64,000 nucleotides of DNA, from contig CP086569.2 in assembly GCA_009914755.4 (NCBI GenBank), positions 21,408,001 through 21,472,000 of the forward strand, read 5' to 3'. Below the pieces are notes generated by a model. The model was not told the DNA's origin. It worked only from the letters and a program-made list of their open reading frames with translations, and did not search any database. Shown here one piece after another: positions 1 to 14,479 of this stretch. Both the position numbers and the translations under genes were made by a program. Position 1 is the first letter of the stretch. Each line of letters opens with the position of its first letter. The stretch comes from the human T2T-CHM13v2.0 reference genome, Homo sapiens.

Positions 1-1545
1 AATAATGACTTTCTTCACAGAATTGGAAAAAAATTACTTTAAAGTTCATATGGAACCAAAAAAGAGTCTGCATTGCCAAGTCAATCCTAAGCCAAAAGAA
101 CAAAGCTGGAGGCATCATGCTACCTGACTTCAAACTATACTACAAGGCTATAGTAACCAAAACAACATGGTACTGGTACCAAAACAGAGATACAGACCAA
201 CAGAACAGAACAGAGCCCTCAGAAATAATGCTGCATATCTAGTCATCTGATCTTTGACAAACCTGACAAAAACAAGAAATGGGGAAAGGATTCCCTGTTT
301 AATAAATGGTGCTGGGAAAACTGGCTAGCCATATGTAGAAAGCTGAAACTGGATCCCTTCCTTACACCTTATACAAAAATTAATTCAAGATGGATTAAAG
401 ACTTACACGTTAGACCTAAAACCATTAAAACCCTAGAAGAAAACCTAGGCAATACCATTCAGGACATAGGCATGGGCAAGGACTTCATATCTAAAACTCC
501 AAAAGCAATGGCAACAAAAGCCAAAATTGACAAATGGGATCTACTTAAACTAAAGAACTTCTGCACAGCAAAAGAGACTACTATCAGAGTGAACAGGCAA
601 CCTACAGAATGGGAGAAAATTTTCGCAACCTACTCATCTGACAAAGGGCCAATATCCAGAATCTACAATAAACTCAAACAAATTTACAAGAAAAAAACAA
701 ACAGCCCCATCAAAAATTGAGTGAAGGATATGAACAGACACTTCTCAAAAGAAGACATTTATGCAGCCAAAAGACACATGAAAAAATGCTCATCATCACT
801 GGCCATCAGAGAAATGCAAATCAAAACCACAATGAGATACCATCTCACATCAGTTAGAATGGTGATCATTAAAAAGTCAGGAAACAACAGGTGCTGGAGA
901 GGATGTGGAGAAATAGGAACACTTTTACACTGCTGGTGGGACTGTAAACTAGTTCAACCATTGTGGAAGTCACTGTGGCAATTCCTCAGGGATCTTGAAC
1001 TAGAAATACCATTTGACCCAGCCATCCCATTACTGGGTATATACCCAAAGGATATAAATCATGCTGCTATAAAGACACATGCACACGTATATTTGTTGCA
1101 GCACTATTCACAATAGCAAAGACTTGGAACCAACCCAAATGTTCAACAATGATAGACTGGATTAAGAAAATGTGGCACATATACACCATGGAATACTATG
1201 GAGGCATAAAAAATGATGAGTTCATGTCCTTTGTAGGGACATGGATGAAACTGGAAACCATCATTCTCAGCAAACTATCACAAGGACAAAAAACCAAACA
1301 CCGCATGTTCTCACTCATAGGTGGGTATTGAACAATGAGAACACATGGACACAGGAAGGGGAACATCGCACACTGGGGCCTGTTGTGGGGTGGGTGGAGG
1401 TGGGAGTGATAGCATTAAGAGATATACCTAATGTTAAATGAGGAGTTGATGGGTGCAGCACACTAACATGGCACATGTATGTATATGTAACTAACCTGCA
1501 CGTTGTGCACAAGTACCCTAAAACTTAAAGTATAATTAAAAAGAA
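1..1545 (+). mobile_element. LINE-1 (young L1PA-like) 3' portion: ORF2 C-terminal coding region plus 3'UTR, truncated by window edge
   Basis: Track ORFs 472-720, 721-1116 and 1149-1331 translate to the L1 ORF2 C-terminus ([19 protein letters not shown]..., [29 protein letters not shown]..., [17 protein letters not shown]...). The 3'UTR ends in ...cttaaagtataattaaaaagaaaaaag. Confidence 0.85.
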
Positions 1546-1940
1546 AAAAGAAAATGTGGCACATATACACCATGGAATACTATGCAGTCATAAAAAACGA
1601 TGAGTTCATGTCCTTTGTATGGACATGGATGCATCTGGAAACCATCATTCTCAGCAAACTATCACAAGGACAAAAAACCAAACACTGCATGTTCTCACTC
1701 ATAGGTGGGAATTGAACAATGAGAACACTTGGACACAGGAAGGAGACCATCACACACCAGGGCCTGTCGTGGGGTGGGTGGATGGGGGAGGGATAGCATT
1801 AGGAGATAAAGCTAATGTAAAAGACAAGTTAATGGGTGCAGCACACCAACATGGCACATGTATACATATGTAACAAACCTGCACGTTGTGCACATGTACC
1901 CTAGAACTTAAAGTATAATAAATTAAAAAATAAATAAATA
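1546..1940 (+). mobile_element. Second, short L1 3'-end copy in tandem with the first
   Basis: It restarts at aaatgtggcacatatacaccatggaatactatg (matching 1166 in copy 1) and runs to ...cttaaagtataataaattaaaaaataaataaataaa. Confidence 0.8.
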
Positions 1941-2275
1941 AAAGAGAGATGAAATGAAAAGGAGAAGCAAGCAAAGAAGAAAAGAAGTTGTCTGCACCAT
2001 TTTATTTTATTTTCCTAGTTAATGGAGTATCTTTGTTCCAACTGAGCATACAGGTCAACTAATTTACAGGTTTTACATGGCTTTTGCTTAGACAACCAAA
2101 GTCTTCTCCCATTTGGGGCCAAATATTGTTACACAGACTGAAAATACACATAGTTAAACAAAAGTCAGCATTAGATTAGACTGAGTTATAAGTGGTTTCA
2201 GCTTTTTAGTATTGCTTTTATTCTGTGAGACATGAACCCAAAGAAAATTCAAAATCTAACCTGACCAGGATCCCA

Positions 2276-2537
2276 TTTTTTTTTGTTTGTTTGCTTGTTT
2301 GTTTGTTTGTTTGTTTGCAACTTCCACCTCTTGGATTCAAGCAATTCTCCTGCCTCAGCCTCCTGAGTAGCTGGGACTACAGGCCTGTGCCACCATGCCT
2401 GGCTAATATTTGTATTTTTAGTACAGACTGGGTTTCACCATGTTGGCCAGGCTAGTCTCGACCTCCTGACCTCAAATGATCTGCCCACCTTGGCCTCCCA
2501 AAGTGCTGGGATTACAGGTGTGAGCCACTGTGCCCCA
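2276..2537 (-). mobile_element. Alu (antisense), 3'-truncated, with a (GTTT)n simple repeat at 2287-2318 replacing part of the tail side
   Basis: Reverse-complement Alu consensus: ...gcctcagcctcctgagtagctgggactacaggc...tttttagtacagactgggtttcaccatgttggccaggct...cccaaagtgctgggattacaggtgtgagccac. Confidence 0.85.
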
Positions 2538-4201
2538 CTGATCCTCTAGATTTTGGCTTGAATCCACAGTCCTGGAAAAGGGTGGAACTGAAACTCACAA
2601 TCATAGGCCACAATGGTGAGAAACCAAAACCCATAATACCCATAACAAAACACTTCTAGTGTGGGGCATAAGCCCACAATTCTAAAATGCAAGGGTGGTT
2701 TCAACCTTATAATCCTATAATGAGATCAAACACAAGTAAAGGTACAGGCATACATTTTAATAAGGTACTTACCAGAAGGCATCTAATATGAAAGCAGTGT
2801 CTTTTGCCATAGGAGATTAGACCTGAGGGGGCCTCAGGGAACATAAAAGACACTTAAGAGCATCACAGTGCAGAATCAAAAACTCCACACCAAGCCTCTA
2901 GAGAAACTAATGTAGATGGTCACTAAGGGTTGGTGAAATGGGCCTGCATTTCACCAAGGAGCTTCAGCACCCCAGATAGGTTTAGTCTCATCTAAGGTGC
3001 CAGGCTGTTATTGAGCAAAAAAGTGTTTGCTACTTAACACATTAGAAGACAATACCATGACACTTTGTTTTTGAGAAAAGAAATGCTTTCTATTTCAAGT
3101 CCACTCAAAAGAAGACAAAAATATCAAGCTCAAATATATCTTCTTGTACTGGCTTAAAACACTATTTTTATAAAAAATATTCAGAAGGTGAATACTGAAA
3201 TTAACAGGAGACTGGCTGGAAGAAAAAGAAAGTCTGGAAAGTCCTTGGGTATGTGTGCTTATTGTTTATGTTGCATGTGGGCCTTACGTGAAAGTTTGAA
3301 AAAACTTCTTACAAAATATTTGGTGGAAATTTGGGTTTTGACATCAGCAAGCTTGTTCTGCTAAGATTCACTAGACTGCCTTCATCTTTTGGGGTCTTCC
3401 TTATTGTCCTTCAGGAAAGGAAATAGTTGCCACTTTTGAGGATTTGAAGCTCAGGATTTTTCTTTTACTTTATCTACATAAAAAGCATACTAATATAATT
3501 TTTTATTCCTTAGAGTAGGTAGAAGTGGAATGGCAACAATGGAGATGAGACAAATATGTCTCCAAATGGAATGGCTACTACTACTTTGATTTGTTTTTAA
3601 TAATGTTATACGGGAATATAGAAAAAGATGCTGAAAGTATGAAAACTTTCACCAGCATTCCATAATCTCTCCAAAAATAAAACCCCCAATTTACTTTGTA
3701 TGTATTGGAAAACACAAATAACCTCATAGAAATGGAATAAGGTGAGGTGAGATTTATGTCTATCAGGTAAGAGAAAAAGAGTAGATTGTCATAGAATAAA
3801 GAGTTTATTTCATATTTGAACTTAAAATAGTGAGGGCAGCACACCAAAAATAGAAAACAAACCCAGGCAAAGCTGACAAAAAGGCTCTTATAGCTTTAGT
3901 TGTATTGTAGGACTACAAAAGGAATAGAGTAATCTTCTAAATTTTGAAGAAATACATTTGTGAGCCAATATAATCTTCTATTCTCATCTTGGGTAAAATA
4001 AAAGGAAAATCTTGAGTCCAGATTTCTCAGTGTTACAACAACAGAAATTTCCTTTCATAGAAAAAAATAAAGAAGTCCCAAAAGGTAAATGTAGTAAAAA
4101 CATTCTGTAAATTACATTGAGGACTTACTGTAAAAAATATATATATATTCTCCTGTTCAAGTCATTCAGTAAATGATAAATTATTATAAATATATAGATA
4201 G

Positions 4202-4486
<285 letters not shown>

Positions 4487-5789
4487 AACAATCTTTTCAA
4501 AATGTAGCACTGTATCTTTCTTCTTTTACAGATTCCCAAGAGAAAGAAAGCTGAGAAAGAACTGTTCTCTGTTCAATCCGACAAGTCACACAGATTTCTC
4601 ATGATTTCCAAGAGACATCTTGTGTCCTCCAATTGTTGAATATCCAAGAGCTCCTCCCTATTTCAGAGTGACATATATAAACCCCCAGAAAGCATCTGGG
4701 ATGCTGAACATCAGTTTGTTTCTTTGTGCAAAAATTAGTATTAGAAAGAGGACACATCAAATAGCATGACCTCAGGATTAGTCTACCATTCTCTTCTGGT
4801 ATTCAATACAGGTCACTTTCTAAATCCCTAAGAGAAAGTGGCAATTGGAGTATGATTGCTGCTTCTTGCTTCAATAATCTCACAAATCTATTTTGCTATA
4901 GCAATAATTTATCTAATTATTTTCTCTTAACTTGGTCATTTAACAGAAGTAGCTATGGTATGCTCAAGAGAAATACAGCCTTCCAAAACCATTGCAGCCA
5001 CCTGGGCATTTCACTCAGTTTGCCAGTCAATTTGATCCTGCATTGTTCATAACAGAATTTGTAGTCTATGACTCCTACTCTCATCCCTAGTCCTCTGGTT
5101 TTCCCATGAAACCTGAAAAAACACAATTTAGTGTGCAATCCCCAGGTGTGCAAAAATTTAGAACTACAACACACCAGGAAAGGAGGAGCTTCAACTCATG
5201 AGCAAGTGCATGGTCTTGAACTTCTTCCTGGACACTTTTAACCAGGAAAACCACAGCCAAAGGAAAACCTCAAAATCAATGCCTACTGTCATGCTAGAGA
5301 TATGTCTCCAATTTCAATCAGAGCAGTGGACTGGAACTCCTCTACTAACTCAAGAAAAAAGACCTCCAAAACTTTAAACTTGGCCAGGGTGAAATGGCAG
5401 ATTCTCTGTAGTGAGAAAAGAAAACAGTTAGGCAGTTAGGGTGCATCCTGGATAAAGCTCCTTTAACAGAGAAACAGCCTGAAAAATCAGGCTGCAGGGA
5501 CAGATAAGGGTGCTAGCACAGGAAACTGGCCCAGAGACATGCATGCAACTGTACTAGTAAAGGAACAAGGTGCAATATAGAATGCCTCAGTCCTTTGTAC
5601 CATAGACATGCTCACAGCTCAAATGAAAAAAGAATAAGGCCTGACATAGAAACACCTCAGTTCTTTGTGCCTCAGAAATGCCTGAGCTACACTGATAAGA
5701 GAGAAGCCCTAACATAGAAAAGCCTTTGCCTTTGGTATAACCATCAGGCTCCCAGAAAATAGTATCTTCTTTTGTGGGCATGTATACGG

Positions 5790-6330
5790 TGGGGTGTGGT
5801 GGGCTCTAGTGGAACTTTCTTTTTTTTTTGGACATGCTTTGGACTGTGATCCCAGCCTCTGTGAATCACCACTTCAGTCCCTGATTGGTCCCAGGTCAAG
5901 CTCCAGTATTAAAAATACTGCACTCATTCATACCAGGCAGAAGTCCCCACAGCCCAAGCTTAGTAGCACTTTCAACAAGACTTCCCAGAGATCAATCAGC
6001 ACATTTCCACCCTTCCCAGTTCATTAAAATCTTGAACTTAGCCTCACTGTTGGCAAACATCTCAAGCCCCCTCTCTCCATCGCAGAGAGCTTTTTTTCCC
6101 CACTTATTAAATTTTCACTACAACCTCACCCTTGTTTCCAGACTTCTTAATTTTCTTTATCATGAAAAAAAGAACTCCTGATGATACCTCACAACAAGGG
6201 ACTGCTACTTTGTGGTGCATTGGTGAGACTGTAACATCTTTGGTTCATTGGCCAGGAAAAAGACCCATCAAAAGAGTGAGTAGAAGTGGATTCTTAACTT
6301 TTTACTTTCATTTCTGACATTTCTCAGCCT
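5790..6330 (+). repeat. Provirus A 5' LTR (approximate boundaries)
   Basis: Shares sequence blocks with 13290-13870. A region of about 60-bp sub-repeats upstream (about 5580-5760) may be U3. Confidence 0.4.
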
Positions 6331-8630
6331 CAGTATTTTCAAGAGTAAGTGAAACACTGGGCCCCTGTCAGCCAGTTAAAAGCCAGTAGTGTGGCTGCAA
6401 GCCCTAAAAGACTAAGGAGACAGGTGTGCTGGAGAGGATTTTGCCAATCCCATTTTACCTTAAAATGTTGAGAATGTTGGCTGTGTTTCAATTTAATTTT
6501 CTTTCACTGACTGCTATGGCTGTTGGCTCTGTGGCTTCATAACCTAAAGGCCCATGGACTGGCCCTATTGGCTGATAGTATTTCAGGGAGTTTTCACTAG
6601 GATTTCCAGCCTTTCCCATTGCATTTGCTTTCTTTCTTTTCATTACTATTATGGCTTCTATCCCTTCTTTAAGTACAAAGTTGTGAATATTTTTGCAACC
6701 TGAGAATATAATCTTCTTGGGTAAAATCAGCTGTTTCTTAGTAATCAGGAATGTAATTCAAAGAGTTACTGATTTTGTGATTTTCTAGAAACAATAGGAA
6801 CTTAATGTTTTAGTCTAATTTTTCACCTTTAAGGGCCTTTTTGCCTCAATAATAAACATTGATGGCACTGAATGGGAAGATATTCCACTGAGTGAATACC
6901 CTTCTATTTGTTTTTTTTTCTTTCCTCCCTGTAAGAATTCAGCACTGCTCAATGAATCTAAATGCCTCCTTTATTTTTTTTTGAGACAAGTTAATTTTCT
7001 TTTGCTGCAAGGCATACTGTGGGGACAGGTTTGTCAAGCCCCAAATATCTCTTTCTAAATTCTGTCTGGAAAGAATTTGGAATCAAAGTTACCTAACATT
7101 TCAAACCTTACAGCTCCACATAGTGGAGTGGGATTTTCCTCTGTGGGGAGCCTTGTTGACCCCTCACACCAAATCTTTACTTTCCCAATTATTCTTCCTC
7201 CTACATTCCTCTAACAGTGATCAGACTCCATAACTGATCTATAGGCAGAAAACTTTCACTTTCAGAAGTCAAGAGGAAGCTGCTCTTCAGAGCAGTACCC
7301 ATCAAAGAAAAAATACCCATTTATTCCTATGTTCTTTCAGGTACCTGTTCTGCATCCAGCTACACTGGCTTTTAAATAAACAATGGATTTTATATTTGGG
7401 AATCAATTCATCCATTTTCTCTAGGATTTCACTATTTCACTAGGGACATGGCAAAGGAAGCCAGGGACAGTATTAAGACACTCTTCATTAAAGGGCCTCC
7501 CCAAATTCAACTACTACATAATCCCTCCCAGGCTCCTGGAATACCTCGGGAGCATTTTTGAAATGAGGAATCACCAGCAGAGAGCTAGGGTATCATGCAC
7601 ATAAACATGATTACTCTTGCCAGCTAGTTCCTCCAGATCCATGGATGAAGGTCATGATTGAATTCATGGATGACACTATGATGGTCACCAGGCCTCAGAG
7701 GACATTTAAGGGAAGAAATTATGGGAGACACTTTTTCTATTTTCTTTCCTCCTTGGGTAATTACTTCAAATGAAAAAGAAACTAAGGTACACCTTCTTTT
7801 CCTCTCTCTTTTAGATGAGTAACAAACCATCTTCAGCCTGCAGTCTTCTCAAATGCATTCTGAAACACTAAAACTGCTGTGACCCTCAGACTCTAAGAAA
7901 AAAATTCCTCATTTTTTTTGCACAAGATTGTTGCCATCTTACCAACTGCAGGAAGGGCAGAAGGTCTGGCCTCCTGAGAGAAGTGTTAATTTCAATACTA
8001 TCCAACAACTAGATCTTTCTGCTAATGGGAGAGAAAATGATCCAAGTTTCCATATGTACAAGCTTTCTTTTCCTTGTGAGACAACCCAGATTTTTATAAG
8101 CATTGTAAAATTGACCCTGCCCTCTTGGCAGTCATATCAGACAAACCTACAAATGATAATTCCCCAAAGTCAGAAAGACAAATTCCTGGGGAACCCTCTA
8201 ATGCACCTTCTGGATGCCCTACCTGATCCCCTTACCTGGGGTTCCATTTACCATTTTATGAGATCCTCTGGATATGCCACCTAAGTAACACACCCAACTT
8301 CACTGTTGCCCTTACAAGAAATGTCTGATGGACATGGTGCTACTATACTTAAACTTTCTTTTCCATTTCAGGACCTTAGACAAATAAAGGGGGACCTAGG
8401 CAAGTTTTCTATGATCCAGATAGATATGTAGAGGCCTTCCAAAATTTAACCCAAGTGTTTGATCCTACCTGGAGAGATGCTATGTTACTTCTAAACCAAA
8501 CCCTAACTGTCAGAAATACAGGCAGGCCTACAAGAAGCAGAAATATTCAGAGACAACATATCTCCTGTAGCAGTCTAAAAGTCTACAAGGAAAGATATCT
8601 AGAAGAAGATATGCTAAAAGAGCAAAGCAA

Positions 8631-9102
<472 letters not shown>

Positions 9103-9454
9103 CTAATGTGCATACAGGAAGGCCTATGAGGGACTATAGCCAGACATTTTCATTACTCTCAGCTATCCATGATATATCAAAAGCCAGATGAAAATCTGTC
9201 AGCTTTTGTGTAAAGGTGGAGAGAAGCTTCAGTGAAACACATCTCTCTGTATTTTGATTCTGTTAAAAGACAGTTAATCCTAAAAGAAAAGTAAGACAAG
9301 TTCAAACAGGCCACCTGTTCAAACAGCACCCTAGAGAACTTCCTAAAAGTGGCTACCTAAGTCTTTTACAAGGAGCTAGGAGGAGGTCCAGGAGAAAAAA
9401 GAACAGAGGCTCCAGTGGCCTCATTATAGGCCTAAAAAATCCAGGATTCATGAG

Positions 9455-9560
9455 GTGTGCCTGCTAACTGCTACCAATGTGGAAAGCCAGGACATGTTAG
9501 CAAGAACTGCTGTGACAAAAAAAGGAAGCCATCTTGACTCTGTTCAGCCTATGATGGGGT
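9455..9560 (+). pseudogene. Provirus A gag nucleocapsid zinc knuckle (CX2CX4HX4C)
   Basis: An alternative frame reads ANCYQCGKPGHVSKNCC. Confidence 0.55.
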
Positions 9561-9605
9561 CCACTGGAAGTAAAACTGTCCCAGGAAACATAAACCAGCA
9601 GGTCT

Positions 9606-9860
9606 GTGGGTGCAGTCTCCCAGATAGTACAGCAAGATGGAGAAGTCCCAAGACTCAGTTCCCTTGCACCAACGGCTCAAGCTGCCATCACTATCCAGGA
9701 GCACTGGGTGATTCTGGAGATGGAAGGGAGAAAGGTAGACTTCTTTCTGGACACTGGAGTTTGTCTCTCTGTTCTCCTTTCTAATCTAGGCCTTCTATTC
9801 TCCCATAGCACAAATGTGGTGAGCATTTCCAAAAAAAATTCCTTAGCTATCTCTTTCTAA
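9606..9860 (+). pseudogene. Provirus A retroviral aspartic protease remnant
   Basis: The ORF contains ...RKVDFFLDTGVCLSVL, a DTG active-site motif in gamma-retroviral context. Confidence 0.6.
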
Positions 9861-10299
9861 GACCTTTGTCATAGTTAGGGAAACCTGCTATTTACCCATG
9901 TTTTTTAAAACCATGCTTGACAGTCACAATTCTTAACTAGGTAGAGATATCCCAGCCTATATGTGAGCCAGCATCCTAATGACTCCAGAACAAAGTCTTT
10001 ATCTTCATTTCATGGAAACCTGTATTAACCCAGAAGTATGGGCAACTCCAGAAAAAATTGGCTGGGCTAGTCATTGTACCAGTACAGATTCACCTTAAGT
10101 ATCCCACTTATTTTACTAAATATCTCCTAAAGTCAGAATCTAGGAAAGGGCTAAAAGCCTTCATTGATAACCTAAAAGCACAGGGCTTTCTTAGGCCCTG
10201 AAACAACCCTTGCAACACCCCAAAATTAAAAGGGCGGAAACACAATAGGAAATGGAGGCTAGTTCAGGACTTCTATCTCATTAATGAGGCTGTGGTTAC

Positions 10300-10790
10300 A
10301 CATCATCTGCTAGTTCCTAATCCTTATATATTGCTAACTTTGAGGGAATCCAAAGTTTCACAGTTCTAGACCTGAAGAATGCCTTTTTCTGAATACCATT
10401 GCACCCTGACTCTCAATACTTGTTTGCCTTCAAAGATTCCCCAAAAGACCACCCAGTTAACCTGCATGGTGCTGCCTCAGGGATTCTGAGACACCTCTCA
10501 CTTGTTTGTTTTGGCATTTCCAAAAGACCTCTCTGAATTCTCTCATCTTCAGATTAAAATTTTACAGTATGTTGATGACATTCTACTTTGTGTCTCAATT
10601 GACAGGGCTTTGCAGGAAGGCACTAAAGCTATTCTTAATTTCCTAGGTGACAGAGGGTATAAGATTTCAAAATCTAATGCTCAGCTTTGTCAAATTTCAG
10701 TAAAGTATCTAGAGGAGATCAGAACATTGGGTGAAGAGAGAATTAAGTGGAAAATTTCCCCTTTTCCCCTTTCCAAGCCCCTCAGCTAGG
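10300..10790 (+). pseudogene. Provirus A reverse transcriptase remnant
   Basis: ORF 10502-10789 contains the LQYVDDILLC (YXDD) catalytic motif. Confidence 0.65.
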
Positions 10791-12267
10791 TGGCTTTTTG
10801 GGCATTATAGGTTTCTGCAGGTTGTGGATACTGGGGTACAGCAAAATACCTTGCCTCCTACATGGCTTTGTGAAAGAAACTCAGAAAGCTAAAATTCACT
10901 CCCTGACCTGAGAACCTGAGTTTCAAAAGGCTTTTAACCAATTAAAACAAGCCTTACTTAAAGCACCTGTCACCAGCCTTCCCATAAGAAATTCATTTAA
11001 TCTTTATGCCTCAGAAAGGAAAGGGATAGCCTTGGCAGTTTTTACTCAGGCCCAATGTCCAGCCCAGTAGCCAGTCAGTTACCTAAGCAAGAAGATCAAC
11101 TTGGTGGCCAAAGGATACCTAGCTTGCCTCTAAGCAGTTTCAGTAGTGGCCTTGTTTGTTTCAGTAACTAATAAGGTGACCATGGGGAATGTCTTAACTG
11201 TTCACACACCCGTCATGTAGCAGGACTGCTGCACTCTAAAGGAAGATGCTGGCTAGCAGAAAATTGCCTTCTCAAATATTAAGCTTTGCTGCTGGAGGGA
11301 TCTGAAGTTCAGTGAAAAACCTATCCTTGCCTAAACTCAGCCAACTTCCTCCCAGAGAAAACTAAACAAGCTGAACATGACTGTGAACAGATAGTAGTCC
11401 AAACCTAAGAAGCCATGCAGGACCTTAAAGAACTTCCCTAGAAAACCCAGACTAGACCACTTTTAATAATGACACCTCTTTTGTAGAACAAGGAACCCAA
11501 GAAGCAGCATATACTCATGGAACAATAGCAACCCTGGGTGAAATTATTGATGGTATGTCTCTCTCACAGGCGCCAGTGCTCAATTAGCTGAGTTAATTTG
11601 CCCTCATGAGGGTGCTCAAACTAAGGAAAGGAAAGGTCGTAAGCATTTATACTTATTCTAGATATGCTTTTCTGGTTTTTCATGCCTTTTTGGAAAGAAA
11701 AACACTCACTAACTCCTAATGGTTATCCCATGAAATACCATCAGGAAGTTGACAGAATGTTGTCCTGTTTTTCTTTCACAGAGAATGGCAGTAATATATT
11801 GCAGAGTTTACCAGAAGTGGATAGATAACATCACTGAGGGAAACAGACTAGCAGATTAAGCAACTTAGTCAGCAACAAAAAGATTAGAGTGATGTTACAC
11901 ACTCGAAGCTCTTCCAAAGTGGGAATTTTCCAAAGAGAAAATAAAGCCTCAGTATTTCCCTGCAAAGATAGAATAGGCTACTTCTGAAGGATACATTTTT
12001 CAGTCCTTGGATGGTTACAGTGGATGGAAGGAAAATTCCACTTGTCATCCTCCAGTCAGTGAAAAGTTCCTGATGTCCTTTACCAAGGTTTTCACTTAGG
12101 AAATGATAAAACCTACCAAGTAGGCCAGAGATTGTTCTCAAATAAAAATATGATAAAAACAGTAAAACAGATTTTTAATACTTGTGAAACCTGCCTTAAA
12201 AATAATTCCCTCTAGAGATGGCTTCTCTGCCAGAGCTCAACTTCACTAACTAGGTAAAGACATTTCC

Positions 12268-12946
12268 ATGCCAAACAGAAAAGGGCTCTTAGTAAAAGCA
12301 GTAATCAATGAGATAATTACTCTCTTTGAACTCCCTCAACACTTCCAAAGAGACAATGGCCCCTCATTTAAAGCAACTATTACCCAAGGTGTCTCAAGAG
12401 ACCTGGGCATACAATGCTATCTTCATTGGGCCTGGAGACCACAGTCTTCAGAAAAGACGGAGAAAATAAATAATATTATTAAAAGACTTACCAGGAAGCT
12501 GTCTCAAGCAACTAACTCTCTCGGATTACTCTTCTTTTCATGGCCTTAATCTGGATGAGAAACACCTTTTTAAACTTGTTGAGTCACTTTAAAAATGGTA
12601 TATGGACAGGCTTAAATAAACAAGATTTCTCATTAGATCAGGAACTTATGAAATGGTTAAACATATAACCTCCCTAATCCACTTCCAATGTGAATTAAAA
12701 CTATTATCAGAATTCCATCCGTGAGAACTGCACCTAACTCGTTTTAACCCAGAAGACTTGGTACTGGTTAAGGCTCTTCCCTTTTTTTCCCTGTCTAGAC
12801 CCAGTTGGGAGGGACCTTATACTGTCCTCCTCTCCAACCGCTCAGTGGTGAAGTTTGCAGGAATCAACTCTTGGATTCATCATGATCTAGTCACAGCTTG
12901 GAAAGCAGAGACAGCAGCCCCTAACAATCAAGAAAAATTTAAATGA
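12268..12946 (+). pseudogene. Provirus A integrase remnant (core plus C-terminal)
   Basis: FQRDNGPSFKA...LHWAWRPQSSEKTEKINNIIK (integrase core) and 12758-12946 ...PSWEGPYTVLL (integrase C-terminal W.GPY motif). Confidence 0.65.
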
Positions 12947-13289
12947 GTAAAACTTCAGAAGGAAATTATCTACTACATCATACTTATAGGAATTATTTTG
13001 CTTACTTTTTTTTTTCAGTAGGGTTTTACACTGTGGCACCTTCTGAGTGGAATATTGACCAGAGTCTCAACAGCCATAAACTTTTGCTGAATTATTATCC
13101 TTATAGCAGAAATAGTAGTCACAGATTAGATTATGTTACTATCAAGTTTACTAACATTCACTGTTAAATGGAGCAACGTTTCACACCCCTTGGCTCTTAC
13201 AAAATCAACAATCACTCATCTACACAAAAAGACTAATTTCTGGGTTTGCCCTAATTGTTGAGTTCAATATCAGTGAGGGATCTTTTGCT

Positions 13290-13870
13290 GTTTCAGAACT
13301 CACTGTTAGCTCTACCTTTATACATTATAGACTTTCAAGGTATAAATAGAACATGGTATGAGTGCACTTTTGACTCCAGTTGAAAGATACATCCCTCCAG
13401 GGTAAGAAATTGGCCAAGCTTTCACTTCAGCCCGTGACTGTTCCCAGGCCTAGGTTCTGGGCCAAGCTGAGTAGGCTTCTCCAAGACAGGCTGCAGAGCA
13501 GACAGCACATTCTTCCCTTTCTCAGTTCATAGAAACCCTTGACTCAGCCTTATATTGGGCAATCCTCTTAGGCCTCCTCTCCAGTGTAAAGAGCTTTTTG
13601 TTGTTGTTATTAAACTTTTGCCACGACTTCACACTTGTGTCTACACTCCTTAATTTTCTTGGTTGTGAGACAAAGATCTCTGGGTCTACTCACAATGAGA
13701 GACAAGGAGAGACTGCTACATTGTCTTGCATTGGCAAAACTGTAACAGTAGCATCTCAGTCCCAAGAGCAGTTTTATCTGCTAAAGTTCAGAGCCACCAA
13801 GAGTAGGCATAGTACATCCTGGGGAGGACTCATCCCAAAAGTAATGCAGTAGAACAGGCTTTTGTGCCAC
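13290..13870 (+). repeat. Provirus A 3' LTR (approximate). Env is almost entirely deleted between about 13170 and 13290.
   Basis: Homologous to the 5790-6330 block. An env-start-like ORF at 12943-13167 (LLHHTYRN.FAYF) matches the provirus B env start. Confidence 0.4.
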
Positions 13871-14479
13871 AAGCAAAGAGGCAATTTTTATGTACCCAGG
13901 CAATTTTAAGTGACCCAGAGTAGTAAATTCAAATATTTTAGTACACTGAGTAACTGAGTAGGTGCAGAAGGCAGGTTTCTCAAATTTTTTTATCCAAAAT
14001 ACAGTTTTATTCAAACAGAAGACAGTCTAATATAAATGATAACCATGCTCTGCTGAAGCAAGAATAGGTAATGAAATTCTGCAATTACAGTAAACTCTTC
14101 TGCTTAAAAAAGCAGTGGATTATATGAGTTGCTGATAAAGTGCTAGAGGATAAAGAAGGGTAAGATGATATAGACAAGGCCAGGATCTGGCTATTTTGGG
14201 AAACAGGAACAGCTCTAGATGTGGCTGAAGGCCATATAGACATATTTGATATTTAATAAACTAAAGTGTTATTTTCTTTTGCTCAGTATATCCCAGGGCT
14301 TTGGACAAGAATAACTTGAGTGTCACTACTTATAAAATCAGGCGATATCAATTTGGAATGAAGGATAACTTACTTCTACATCTAGCCAAGCTAAGCTAGG
14401 GTATAACTTCACTAGCCAAGTTAGATGCAGGCAGTGAACTACATAGTCTGCTGTAAGTATATTTTTTGTTAGATTATAT

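Noticed and set aside
472-1331. Three consecutive ORFs of 60-131 aa at the window start
   Set aside because: They are frameshifted pieces of the L1 ORF2 C-terminus.
9455-12946. Possibility that provirus A gag/pro/pol ORFs are intact genes
   Set aside because: The ORFs are short (under 120 aa) and fragmented by stops and frameshifts. They are degenerate pseudogene remnants.
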